Origin: Eledone cirrhosa
Taxonomy: Eukaryota
Length of the DNA: 64,000 bases
Assembly: GCA_964016885.1 (NCBI GenBank)
Contig: OZ024741.1
Span: 21,762,001 to 21,826,000 of the forward strand
Direction: 5' to 3'
In this document: positions 37,360-49,750 of the stretch, in pieces
Position numbering within the stretch: the first letter of the stretch is position 1
Layout of the letters: each line of letters starts with the position of its first letter
The notes under the pieces: model-generated
Seen by the model: the letters and a program-made list of their open reading frames with translations, nothing else
Told to the model about the DNA's origin: nothing
The model's database searches: none
Translations under genes and position numbers: made by a program

Positions 37360-40300
37360 TGTCTCCTAGTATTAGTTCTGGTTCTCTGCTTTCTCAGTTC
37401 AAATTCCACCGAGAGAATGTCTTCTAGTATTAGTTCTGGTTCTCTGCTTTCCCCGTTCAAATCCCACCGAGAAATTGTCTCCTGGTATTAGTTCTGGTAC
37501 TCTGCTTTCTCAATTCAAATCCCACCGAGAGATTGTCTCCTAGTATTAATTCTGGTTCTCTGCTCTCTCAGTTCCAATCCCACCGAGAGAATGTCTCCTA
37601 GTATTAGTTCTGGTTCTCTGCTTTTTCAGTTCCAATCCCACCGAGAGATTGTCTCCTAGTATTAGTTCTGGTTCTCTGCTCTCTCAGTTCCAATCCCACC
37701 GAGAGAATGTCTCCTAGATTTAGTTCTGGTTCTCTGCTTTTTCAGTTCCAATCCCACCAAGAGAATGTCTCCTAGTATTAGTTCTGGTTCTCTGCTTTCT
37801 CAGTTCAAATTCCACCGAGAGAATGTCTTCTAGTATTAGTTCTGGTTCTCTGCTTTCCCCGTTCAAATCCCACCGAGAGATTGTCTCCTGGTATTAGTTC
37901 TGGTACTCTGCTTTCTCAATTCAAATCCCACCGAGAGATTGTCTCCTAGTATTAATTCTGGTTCTCTGCTCTCTCAGTTCCAATCCCACCGAGAGAATGT
38001 CTCCTAGTATTAGTTCTGGTTCTCTGCTTTCTCAGTTCCAATCCCACCGAGAGATTGTCTCCTAGTATTAGTTCTGGTTCTCTGCTTTCTCAGTTCCAAT
38101 CCCACCGAGAGATTGTCTCCTAGTATTAGTTCTGGTTCTCTGCTTTCTCAGTTCCAATCCCACCGAGAGATTGTCTCCTAGTATTAGTTCTGGTTCTCTG
38201 CTTTTTCAGTTCCAATCCCACCGAGAGATTGTCTCCTATTATTAGTTCTGGTTCTCTGCTTTCTCAGTTCCAATCCCACCGAGAGATTGTCTCCTAATAT
38301 TAGTTCTGGTTCTCTGCTTTCTCAGTTCCAAACCCACCGAGAGATTGTCTCCTAGTATTAGTTCTGGTTCTCTGCTTTCTCAGTTCCAATCCCACCGAGA
38401 GATTGTCTCCTAGTATTAATTCTGGTTCTTTGCTTTCTCAGTTCCAATCCCACCGAGAGATTGTCTCCTATTATTAGTTCTGGTTCTCTGCTTTCTCAGT
38501 TCCAATCCCACCGAGAGATTGTCTCCTAGTATTAGTTCTGGTTCTCTGCTCTCTCAATTCCAATCCCACCGAGAGAATGTCTCCTAGTATTAGTTCTGGT
38601 TCTCTGCTTTTTCAGTTCCAATCCCACCGAGAGAGTGTCTTCTAGTATTAGTTCTGGTTCTCTGCTTTCTCAGTTCAAATCCCACCGAGAGAACGTCTTC
38701 TAGTATTAGTTCTGGTTCTCTGCTTTCTCAGTTCAAATCCCACCGAGAGATTGTCTCCTGGTATTAGTTCTGGTACTCTGTTTCTCAGTTCCAATCCCAC
38801 CAAGAGAATGTCTCCTAGTATTAGTTCTTGTTCTCTGCTCTGTCAGTTCAAATACCACCGAGAGTATGTCTCCTAGTATTAGTTCTGGTACTCTGCTTTC
38901 TCAGTTCCAATCCCACCGAGAGAGTGTCTTCTAGTATTAGTTCTGGTTCTCTGCTTTCTCAGTTCCAATCCCACCGAGAGAATGTCTCCTAGTATTAGTT
39001 CTGGTTCTCTGCTTTCTCAGTTCCAATCCCACCGAGAGAATGTCTCCTAGTATTAGTTCTGGTTCTCTGCTCTCTCATTTCCAATCCCACCGAGAGAATG
39101 TCTCCTAGTATTAGTTCTGGTTCTCTGCTTTCTCAGTTCCAATCCCACCAAGAGAATGTCTCCTAGTATTAGTTCTGGTTCTCTGCTTTCTCAGTTCAAA
39201 TTCCACCGAGAGAATGTCTTCTAGTATTAGTTCTGGTTCTCTGCTTTCCCCGTTCAAATCCCACCGAGAGATTGTCTCCTGGTATTAGTTCTGGTACTCT
39301 GCTTTCTCAATTCAAATCCCACCGAGAGATTGTCTCCTAGTATTAATTCTGGTTCTCTGCTCTCTCAGTTCCAATCCCACCGAGAGAATGTCTCCTAGTA
39401 TTAGTTCTAGTTCTCTGCTTTTTCAGTTCCAATCCCACCGAGAGATTGTCTCCTAGTATTAGTTCTGGTTCTCTGCTCTCTCAGTTCCAATCCCACCGAG
39501 AGAATGTCTCCTAGTATTAGTTCTGGTTCTCTGCCTTTTCAGTTCCAATCCCACCGAGAGAATGTCTCCTAGTATTAGTTCTGGTTCTCTGCTCTGTCAG
39601 TTCAAATCCCACCGAGAGAATGTCTCCTAGTATTAGTTCTGGTTCTCTGCTTTCTCAGTTCCAATCCCACCGAGAGATTGTCTCCTAGTATTAGTTCTGG
39701 TTCTCTGCTCTCTCAGTTCCAATCCCACCGAGAGAATGTCTCCTAGTATTAGTTCTGGTTCTCTGCCTTTTCAGTTCCAATCCCACCGAGAGATTGTCTC
39801 CTAGTATTAGTTCTGGTTCTCTGTTTTCTCAGTTCCAATCCCACCGAGAGATTGTCTCCTAGTATTAGTTCTGGTTCTCTGCTTTCTCAGTTCCAATCCC
39901 ACCGAGAGATTGTCTCCTAGTATTAGTTCTGGTTCTCTGCTTTCTCAGTTCCAATCCCACCGAGAGATTGTCTCCTCGTATTAGTTCTGGTTCTCTGCTT
40001 TCTCAGTTCCAATCCCACCGAGAGATTGTCTCCTAGTATTAGTTCTTGTTCTCTGCTCTCTCAGTTCCAATCCCACCGAGAGAATGTCTCCTAGTATTAG
40101 TTCTGGTTCTCTGCTTTTTCAGTTCCAATCCCACCGAGAGTTTGTCTGCTAGTATTAGTTCTGGTTCTCTGCTCTCTCAGTTCCAATCCCACCGAGAGAT
40201 TGTCTCCTGGTATTAGTTCTGGTTCTCTGCTCTCTCAGTTCCAATCCCACCGAGAGATTGTCTCCTAGTATTAGTTCTGGTTCTCTGCTCTCTCAGTTCC

Positions 40301-43300
40301 AATCCCACCGAGAGAATGTCTCCTAGTATTAGTTCTGGTTCTCTGCCTTTTCAGTTCCAATCCCACCGAGAGAATGTCTCCTAGTATTAGTTCTGGTTCT
40401 CTGCTCTGTCAGTTCAAATCCCACCGAGAGAATGTCTCCTAGTATTAGTTCTGGTTCTCTGCTTTCTCAGTTCCAATCCCACCGAGAGATTGTCTCCTAG
40501 TATTAGTTCTGGTTCTCTGCTCTCTCAGTTCCAATCCCACCGAGAGAATGTCTCCTAGTATTAGTTCTGGTTCTCTGCCTTTTCAGTTCCAATCCCACCG
40601 AGAGATTGTCTCCTAGTATTAGTTCTGGTTCTCTGTTTTCTCAGTTCCAATCCCACCGAGAGATTGTCTCCTAGTATTAGTTCTGGTTCTCTGCTTTCTC
40701 AGTTCCAATCCCACCGAGAGATTGTCTCCTAGTATTAGTTCTGGTTCTCTGCTTTCTCAGTTCCAATCCCACCGAGAGATTGTCTCCTCGTATTAGTTCT
40801 GGTTCTCTGCTTTCTCAGTTCCAATCCCACCGAGAGATTGTCTCCTAGTATTAGTTCTTGTTCTCTGCTCTCTCAGTTCCAATCCCACCGAGAGAATGTC
40901 TCCTAGTATTAGTTCTGGTTCTCTGCTTTTTCAGTTCCAATCCCACCGAGAGTTTGTCTGCTAGTATTAGTTCTGGTTCTCTGCTCTCTCAGTTCCAATC
41001 CCACCGAGAGATTGTCTCCTGGTATTAGTTCTGGTTCTCTGCTCTCTCAGTTCCAATCCCACCGAGAGATTGTCTCCTAGTATTAGTTCTGGTTCTCTGC
41101 TTCCTCAGTTCCAATCCCACCGAGAGATTGTCTCCTGGTATTAGATCTGGTTCTCTGCTCTCTCAGTTCTAATCCCACCGAGAGAATGTCTCCTAGTATT
41201 AGTTCTGGTTCTCTGCTTTCTCAGTTCCAATCCCACCGAGAGATTGTCTCCTAGTATTAGTTCTGGTTCTCTGCTTTCTCAGTTCCAATCCCACCGAGAG
41301 ATTGTCTCCTATTATTAGTTCTGGTTCTCTGATTTCTCAGTTCCAATCCCACCGAGAGATTGTCTCCTAGTATTAGTTCTGGTTCTCTGCTCTCTCAATT
41401 CCAATCCGACCGAGAGAATGTCTCCTAGTATTAGTTCTGGTTCTCTGCTTTCTCAGTTCCAATCCCACCGAGAGAGTGTCTTCTAGTATTAGTTCTGGTT
41501 CTCTGCTTTCTCAGTTCAAATCCCACCGAGAGAATGTCTTCTAGTATTAGTTCTGGTTCTCTGCTTTCTCAGTTCAAATCCCACCGAGAGATTGTCTCCT
41601 GGTATTAGTTCTGGTACTCTGCTTTCTCAGTTCCACTCCCACCGAGAGAATGTCTCCTAGTATTAGTTCTTGTTCTCTGCTCTGTCAGTTCAAATACCAC
41701 CGAGAGATTGTCTCCTAGTATTAGTTCTGGTACTCTGCTTTTTCAGTTCCAATCCCACCGAGAGAGTGTCTTCTAGTATTAGTTCTGGTTCTCTGCTTTC
41801 TCAGTTCCAATCCCACCGAGAGAATGTCTCCTAGTATTAGTTCTGGTTCTCTGCCTTCTCAGTTCAAATCCCACCGAGAGAGTGTCTTCTAGTATTAGTT
41901 CTGGTTCTCTGCTTTCTCAGTTCCAATCCCACCGAGAGAATGTCTCCTAGTATTAGTTCTGGTTCTCTGCTTTCTCAGTTCAAATTCCACCGAGAGAATG
42001 TCTTCTAGTATTAGTTCTGGTTCTCTGCTTTCCCCGTTCAAATCCCACCGAGAAATTGTCTCCTGGTATTAGTTCTGGTACTCTGCTTTCTCAATTCAAA
42101 TCCCACCGAGAGATTGTCTCCTAGTATTAATTCTGGTTCTCTGCTCTCTCAGTTCCAATCCCACCGAGAGAATGTCTCCTAGTATTAGTTCTGGTTCTCT
42201 GCTTTTTCAGTTCCAATCCCACCGAGAGATTGTCTCCTAGTATTAGTTCTGGTTCTCTGCTCTCTCAGTTCCAATCCCACCGAGAGAATGTCTCCTAGTT
42301 TTAGTTCTGGTTCTCTGCTTTTTCAGTTCCAATCCCACCAAGAGAATGTCTCCTAGTATTAGTTCTGGTTCTGTGCTTTCTCAGTTCAAATTCCACCGAG
42401 AGAATGTCTTCTAGTATTAGTTCTGGTTCTCTGCTTTCCCCGTTCAAATCCCACCGAGAGATTGTCTCCTGGTATTAGTTCTGGTACTCTGCTTTCTCAA
42501 TTCAAATCCCACCGAGAGATTGTCTCCTAGTATTAATTCTGGTTCTCTGCTCTCTCAGTTCCAATCCCACCGAGAGAATGTCTCCTAGTATTAGTTCTGG
42601 TTCTCTGCTTTCTCAGTTCCAATCCCACCGAGAGATTGTCTCCTAGTATTAGTTCTGGTTCTCTGCTTTCTCAGTTCCAATCCCACCGAGAGATTGTCTC
42701 CTAGTATTAGTTCTGGTTCTCTGCTTTCTCAGTTCCAATCCCACCGAGAGATTGTCTCCTAGTATTAGTTCTGGTTCTCTGCTTTTTCAGTTCCAATCCC
42801 ACCGAGAGATTGTCTCCTATTATTAGTTCTGGTTCTCTGCTTTCTCAGTTCCAATCCCACCGAGAGATTGTCTCCTAATATTAATTCTGGTTCTCTGCTT
42901 TCTCAGTTCCAAACCCACCGAGAGATTGTCTCCTAGTATTAGTTCTGGTTCTCTGCTTTCTCAGTTCCAATCCCACCGAGAGATTGTCTCCTAGTATTAA
43001 TTCTGGTTCTTTGCTTTCTCAGTTCCAATCCCACCGAGAGATTGTCTCCTATTATTAGTTCTGGTTCTCTGCTTTCTCAGTTCCAATCCCACCGAGAGAT
43101 TGTCTCCTAGTATTAGTTCTGGTTCTCTGCTCTCTCAATTCCAATCCCACCGAGAGAATGTCTCCTAGTATTAGTTCTGGTTCTCTGCTTTTTCAGTTCC
43201 AATCCCACCGAGAGAGTGTCTTCTAGTATTAGTTCTGGTTCTCTGCTTTCTCAGTTCAAATCCCACCGAGAGAACGTCTTCTAGTATTAGTTCTGGTTCT

Positions 43301-46300
43301 CTGCTTTCTCAGTTCAAATCCCACCGAGAGATTGTCTCCTGGTATTAGTTCTGGTACTCTGTTTCTCAGTTCCAATCCCACCAAGAGAATGTCTCCTAGT
43401 ATTAGTTCTTGTTCTCTGCTCTGTCAGTTCAAATACCACCGAGAGTATGTCTCCTAGTATTAGTTCTGGTACTCTGCTTTCTCAGTTCCAATCCCACCGA
43501 GAGAGTGTCTTCTAGTATTAGTTCTGGTTCTCTGCTTTCTCAGTTCCAATCCCACCGAGAGAATGTCTCCTAGTATTAGTTCTGGTTCTCTGCTTTCTCA
43601 GTTCCAATCCCACCGAGAGAATGTCTCCTAGTATTAGTTCTGGTTCTCTGCTCTCTCATTTCCAATCCCACCGAGAGAATGTCTCCTAGTATTAGTTCTG
43701 GTTCTCTGCTTTCTCAGTTCCAATCCCACCAAGAGAATGTCTCCTAGTATTAGTTCTGGTTCTCTGCTTTCTCAGTTCAAATTCCACCGAGAGAATGTCT
43801 TCTAGTATTAGTTCTGGTTCTCTGCTTTCCCCGTTCAAATCCCACCGAGAGATTGTCTCCTGGTATTAGTTCTGGTACTCTGCTTTCTCAATTCAAATCC
43901 CACCGAGAGATTGTCTCCTAGTATTAATTCTGGTTCTCTGCTCTCTCAGTTCCAATCCCACCGAGAGAATGTCTCCTAGTATTAGTTCTAGTTCTCTGCT
44001 TTTTCAGTTCCAATCCCACCGAGAGATTGTCTCCTAGTATTAGTTCTGGTTCTCTGCTCTCTCAGTTCCAATCCCACCGAGAGAATGTCTCCTAGTATTA
44101 GTTCTGGTTCTCTGCCTTTTCAGTTCCAATCCCACCGAGAGAATGTCTCCTAGTATTAGTTCTGGTTCTCTGCTCTGTCAGTTCAAATCCCACCGAGAGA
44201 ATGTCTCCTAGTATTAGTTCTGGTTCTCTGCTTTCTCAGTTCCAATCCCACCGAGAGATTGTCTCCTAGTATTAGTTCTGGTTCTCTGCTCTCTCAGTTC
44301 CAATCCCACCGAGAGAATGTCTCCTAGTATTAGTTCTGGTTCTCTGCCTTTTCAGTTCCAATCCCACCGAGAGATTGTCTCCTAGTATTAGTTCTGGTTC
44401 TCTGTTTTCTCAGTTCCAATCCCACCGAGAGATTGTCTCCTAGTATTAGTTCTGGTTCTCTGCTTTCTCAGTTCCAATCCCACCGAGAGATTGTCTCCTA
44501 GTATTAGTTCTGGTTCTCTGCTTTCTCAGTTCCAATCCCACCGAGAGATTGTCTCCTCGTATTAGTTCTGGTTCTCTGCTTTCTCAGTTCCAATCCCACC
44601 GAGAGATTGTCTCCTAGTATTAGTTCTTGTTCTCTGCTCTCTCAGTTCCAATCCCACCGAGAGAATGTCTCCTAGTATTAGTTCTGGTTCTCTGCTTTTT
44701 CAGTTCCAATCCCACCGAGAGTTTGTCTGCTAGTATTAGTTCTGGTTCTCTGCTCTCTCAGTTCCAATCCCACCGAGAGATTGTCTCCTGGTATTAGTTC
44801 TGGTTCTCTGCTCTCTCAGTTCCAATCCCACCGAGAGATTGTCTCCTAGTATTAGTTCTGGTTCTCTGCTTCCTCAGTTCCAATCCCACCGAGAGATTGT
44901 CTCCTGGTATTAGTTCTGGTTCTCTGCTCTCTCAGTTCTAATCCCACCGAGAGAATGTCTCCTAGTATTAGTTCTGGTTCTCTGCTTTCTCAGTTCCAAT
45001 CCCACCGAGAGATTGTCTCCTAGTATTAGTTCTGGTTCTCTGCTTTCTCAGTTCCAATCCCACCGAGAGATTGTCTCCTATTATTAGTTCTGGTTCTCTG
45101 ATTTCTCAGTTCCAATCCCACCGAGAGATTGTCTCCTAGTATTAGTTCTGGTTCTCTGCTCTCTCAATTCCAATCCGACCGAGAGAATGTCTCCTAGTAT
45201 TAGTTCTGGTTCTCTGCTTTCTCAGTTCCAATCCCACCGAGAGAGTGTCTTCTAGTATTAGTTCTGGTTCTCTGCTTTCTCAGTTCAAATCCCACCGAGA
45301 GAATGTCTTCTAGTATTAGTTCTGGTTCTCTGCTTTCTCAGTTCAAATCCCACCGAGAGATTGTCTCCTGGTATTAGTTCTGGTACTCTGCTTTCTCAGT
45401 TCCACTCCCACCGAGAGAATGTCTCCTAGTATTAGTTCTTGTTCTCTGCTCTGTCAGTTCAAATACCACCGAGAGTATGTCTCCTAGTATTAGTTCTGGT
45501 ACTCTGCTTTTTCAGTTCCAATCCCACCGAGAGAGTGTCTTCTAGTATTAGTTCTGGTTCTCTGCTTTCTCAGTTCCAATCCCACCGAGAGAATGTCTCC
45601 TAGTATTAGTTCTGGTTCTCTGCCTTCTCAGTTCAAATCCCACCGAGAGAGTGTCTTCTAGTATTAGTTCTGGTTCTCTGCTTTCTCAGTTCCAATCCCA
45701 CCGAGAGAATGTCTCCTAGTATTAGTTCTGGTTCTCTGCTCTCTCATTTCCAATCCCACCGAGAGAATGTCTCCTAGTATTAGTTCTGGTTCTCTGCTTT
45801 CTCAGTTCCAATCCCACCAAGAGAATGTCTCCTAGTATTAGTTCTGGTTCTCTGCTTTCTCAGTTCAAATTCCACCGAGAGAATGTCCTCTAGTATTAGT
45901 TCTGGTTCTCTGCTTTCCCCGTTCAAATCCCACCGAGAGATTGTCTCCTGGTATTAGTTCTGGTACTCTGCTTTCTCAATTCAAATCCCACCGAGAGATT
46001 GTCTCCTAGTATTAATTCTGGTTCTCTGCTCTCTCAGTTCCAATCCCACCGAGAGAATGTCTCCTAGTATTAGTTCTGGTTCTCTGCTTTCTCAGTTCCA
46101 ATCCCACCGAGAGATTGTCTCCTAGTATTAGTTCTGGTTCTCTGCTTTCTCAGTTCCAATCCCACCGAGAGATTGTCTCCTAGTATTAGTTCTGGTTCTC
46201 TGCTTTCTCAGTTCCAATCCCACCGAGAGATTGTCTCCTAGTATTAGTTCTGGTTCTCTGCTTTTTCAGTTCCAATCCCACCGAGAGATTGTCTCCTATT

Positions 46301-49000
46301 ATTAGTTCTGGTTCTCTGCTTTCTCAGTTCCAATCCCACCGAGAGATTGTCTCCTAATATTAGTTCTGGTTCTCTGCTTTCTCAGTTCCAAACCCACCGA
46401 GAGATTGTCTCCTAGTATTAGTTCTGGTTCTCTGCTTTCTCAGTTCCAATCCCACCGAGAGATTGTCTCCTAGTATTAATTCTGGTTCTTTGCTTTCTCA
46501 GTTCCAATCCCACCGAGAGATTGTCTCCTATTATTAGTTCTGGTTCTCTGCTTTCTCAGTTCCAATCCCACCGAGAGATTGTCTCCTAGTATTAGTTCTG
46601 ATTCTCTGCTCTCTCAATTCCAATCCCACCGAGAGAATGTCTCCTAGTATTAGTTCTGGTTCTCTGCTTTCTCAGTTCCAATCCCACCGAGAGAGTGTCT
46701 TCTAGTATTAGTTCTGGTTCTCTGCTTTCTCAGTTCAAATCCCACCGAGAGAATGTCTTCTAGTATTAGTTCTGGTTCTCTGCTTTCTCAGTTCAAATCC
46801 CACCGAGAGATTGTCTCCTGGTATTAGTTCTGGTACTCTGTTTCTCAGTTCCGATCCCACCAAGAGAATGTCTCCTAGTATTAGTTCTTGTTCTCTGCTC
46901 TGTCAGTTCAAATACCACCGAGAGTATGTCTCCTAGTATTAGTTCTGGTACTCTGCTTTCTCAGTTCCAATCCCACCGAGAGAGTGTCTTCTAGTATTAG
47001 TTCTGGTTCTCTGCTTTCTCAGTTCCAATCCCACCGAGAGAATGTCTCCTAGTATTAGTTCTGGTTCTCTGCTTTCTCAGTTCCAATCCCACCGAGAGAA
47101 TGTCTCCTAGTATTAGTTCTGGTTCTCTGCTCTCTCATTTCCAATCCCACCGAGAGAATGTCTCCTAGTATTAGTTCTGGTTCTCTGCTTTCTCAGTTCC
47201 AATCCCACCAAGAGAATGTCTCCTAGTATTAGTTCTGGTTCTCTGCTTTCTCAGTTCAAATTCCACCGAGAGAATGTCTTCTAGTATTAGTTCTGGTTCT
47301 CTGCTTTCCCCGTTCAAATCCCACCGAGAGATTGTCTCCTGGTATTAGTTCTGGTACTCTGCTTTCTCAATTCAAATCCCACCGAGAGATTGTCTCCTAG
47401 TATTAATTCTGGTTCTCTGCTCTCTCAGTTCCAATCCCACCGAGAGAATGTCTCCTAGTATTAGTTCTAGTTCTCTGCTTTTTCAGTTCCAATCCCACCG
47501 AGAGATTGTCTCCTAGTATTAGTTCTGGTTCTCTGCTCTCTCAGTTCCAATCCCACCGAGAGAATGTCTCCTAGTATTAGTTCTGGTTCTCTGCCTTTTC
47601 AGTTCCAATCCCACCGAGAGAATGTCTCCTAGTATTAGTTCTGGTTCTCTGTTCTGTCAGTTCAAATCCCACCGAGAGAATGTCTCCTAGTATTAGTTCT
47701 GGTTCTCTGCTTTCTCAGTTCCAATCCCACCGAGAGATTGTCTCCTAGTATTAGTTCTGGTTCTCTGCTCTCTCAGTTCCAATCCCACCGAGAGAATGTC
47801 TCCTAGTATTAGTTCTGGTTCTCTGCCTTTTCAGTTCCAATCCCACCGAGAGATTGTCTCCTAGTATTAGTTCTGGTTCTCTGTTTTCTCAGTTCCAATC
47901 CCACCGAGAGATTGTCTCCTAGTATTAGTTCTGGTTCTCTGCTTTCTCAGTTCCAATCCCACCGAGAGATTGTCTCCTAGTATTAGTTCTGGTTCTCTGC
48001 TTTCTCAGTTCCAATCCCACCGAGAGATTGTCTCCTCGTATTAGTTCTGGTTCTCTGCTTTCTCAGTTCCAATCCCACCGAGAGATTGTCTCCTAGTATT
48101 AGTTCTGGTTCTCTGCTCTCTCAGTTCCAATCCCACCGAGAGAATGTCTCCTAGTATTAGTTCTGGTTCTCTGCTTTTTCAGTTCCAATCCCACCGAGAG
48201 TTTGTCTGCTAGTATTAGTTCTGGTTCTCTGCTCTCTCAGTTCCAATCCCACCGAGAGATTGTCTCCTGGTATTAGTTCTGGTTCTCTGCTCTTTCAGTT
48301 CCAATCCCACCGAGAGATTGTCTCCTAGTATTAGTTCTGGTTCTCTGCTTCCTCAGTTCCAATCCCACCGAGAGATTGTCTCCTGGTATTAGTTCTGGTT
48401 CTCTGCTCTCTCAGTTCTAATCCCACCGAGAGAATGTCTCCTAGTATTAGTTCTGGTTCTCTGCTTTCTCAGTTCCAATCCCACCGAGAGATTGTCTCCT
48501 AGTATTAGTTCTGGTTCTCTGCTTTCTCAGTTCCAATCCCACCGAGAGATTGTCTCCTAGTATTAATTCTGGTTCTTTGCTTTCTCAGTTCCAATCCCAC
48601 CGAGAGATTGTCTCCTATTATTAGTTCTGGTTCTCTGATTTCTCAGTTCCAATCCCACCGAGAGATTGGCTCCTAGTATTAGTTCTGGTTCTCTGCTCTC
48701 TCAATTCCAATCCGACCGAGAGAATGTCTCCTAGTATTAGTTCTGGTTCTCTGCTTTCTCAGTTCCAATCCCACTGAGAGAGTGTCTTCTAGTATTAGTT
48801 CTGGTTCTCTGCTTTCTCAGTTCAAATCCCACCGAGAGAATGTCTTCTAGTATTAGTTCTGGTTCTCTGCTTTCTCAGTTCAAATCCCACCGAGAGATTG
48901 TCTCCTGGTATTAGTTCTGGTACTCTGCTTTCTCAGTTCCAATCCCACCAAGAGAATGTCTCCTAGTATTAGTTCTTGTTCTCTGCTCTGTCAGTTCAAA
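37360..49000. repeat. Three related consecutive higher-order units of about 60-79 monomers
   Basis: GAAATTG 37471/42052 and GAACGTC 38691/43272 (offset 4581 = 79 x 58 - 1). The GAGTTTGTCTGCT variant (TTTG) is at 40141, 40953, 44722 and 48201 (spacings 812, 3769, 3479). Confidence 0.85.
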
Positions 49001-49750
49001 TGCCACCGAGAGTATGTCTCCTAGTATTAGTTCTGGTACTCTGCTTTCTCAGTTCCAATCCCACCGAGAGAGTGTCTTCTAGTATTAGATCTGGTTCTCT
49101 GCTTTCTCAGTTCCAATCCCACCGAGAGAATGTCTCCTAGTATTAGTTCTGGTTCTCTGCTTTCTCAGTTCCAATCCCACCGAGAGAATGTCTCCTAATA
49201 TTAGTTCTGGTTCTCTGCTTTTTCAGTTCCAATCCCACCGAGAGATTGTCTCCTAGTATTAGTTCTGGTTCTCTGCTTTCTCAGTTCCAATCCCACCGAG
49301 AGATTGTCTCCTAGTATTAGTTCTGGTTCTCTGCTTTCTCAGTTCCACTCCCACCGAGAGATTGTCTCCTCGTATTAGTTCTGGTTCTCTGCTTTCTCAG
49401 TTCCAATCCCACCGAGAGATTGTCTCCTAGTATTAGTTCTGGTTCTCTGCTCTCTCAGTTCCAATCCCACCGAGAGAATGTCTCCTAGTATTAGTTCTGG
49501 TTCTCTGCATTTTCAGTTCCAATCCCAACGAGAGATTGTCTGCTAGTATTAGTTCTGGTTCTCTGCTCTCTCAGTTCCAATCCCACCGAGAGATTGTCTC
49601 CTGGTATTAGTTCTGGTTCTCTGCTCTCTCAGTTCCAATCCCACCGAGAGAATGTCTCCTAGTATTAGTTCTGGTTCTCTGCTTTCTCAGTTCCAATCCC
49701 ACCGAAAGATTGTCTCCTAGTATTAGTTCTGGTTCTCTGCTCTCTCAGTT
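46550..49750. repeat. Duplicated block D, copy 1 (copy 2 at about 58320-61520; offset 203 monomers)
   Basis: Offset 11773 for the CTGATTC variant 46600/58373, TTTGTCTGCT 48201/59974 and AGATCT 49087/60860. Confidence 0.88.
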
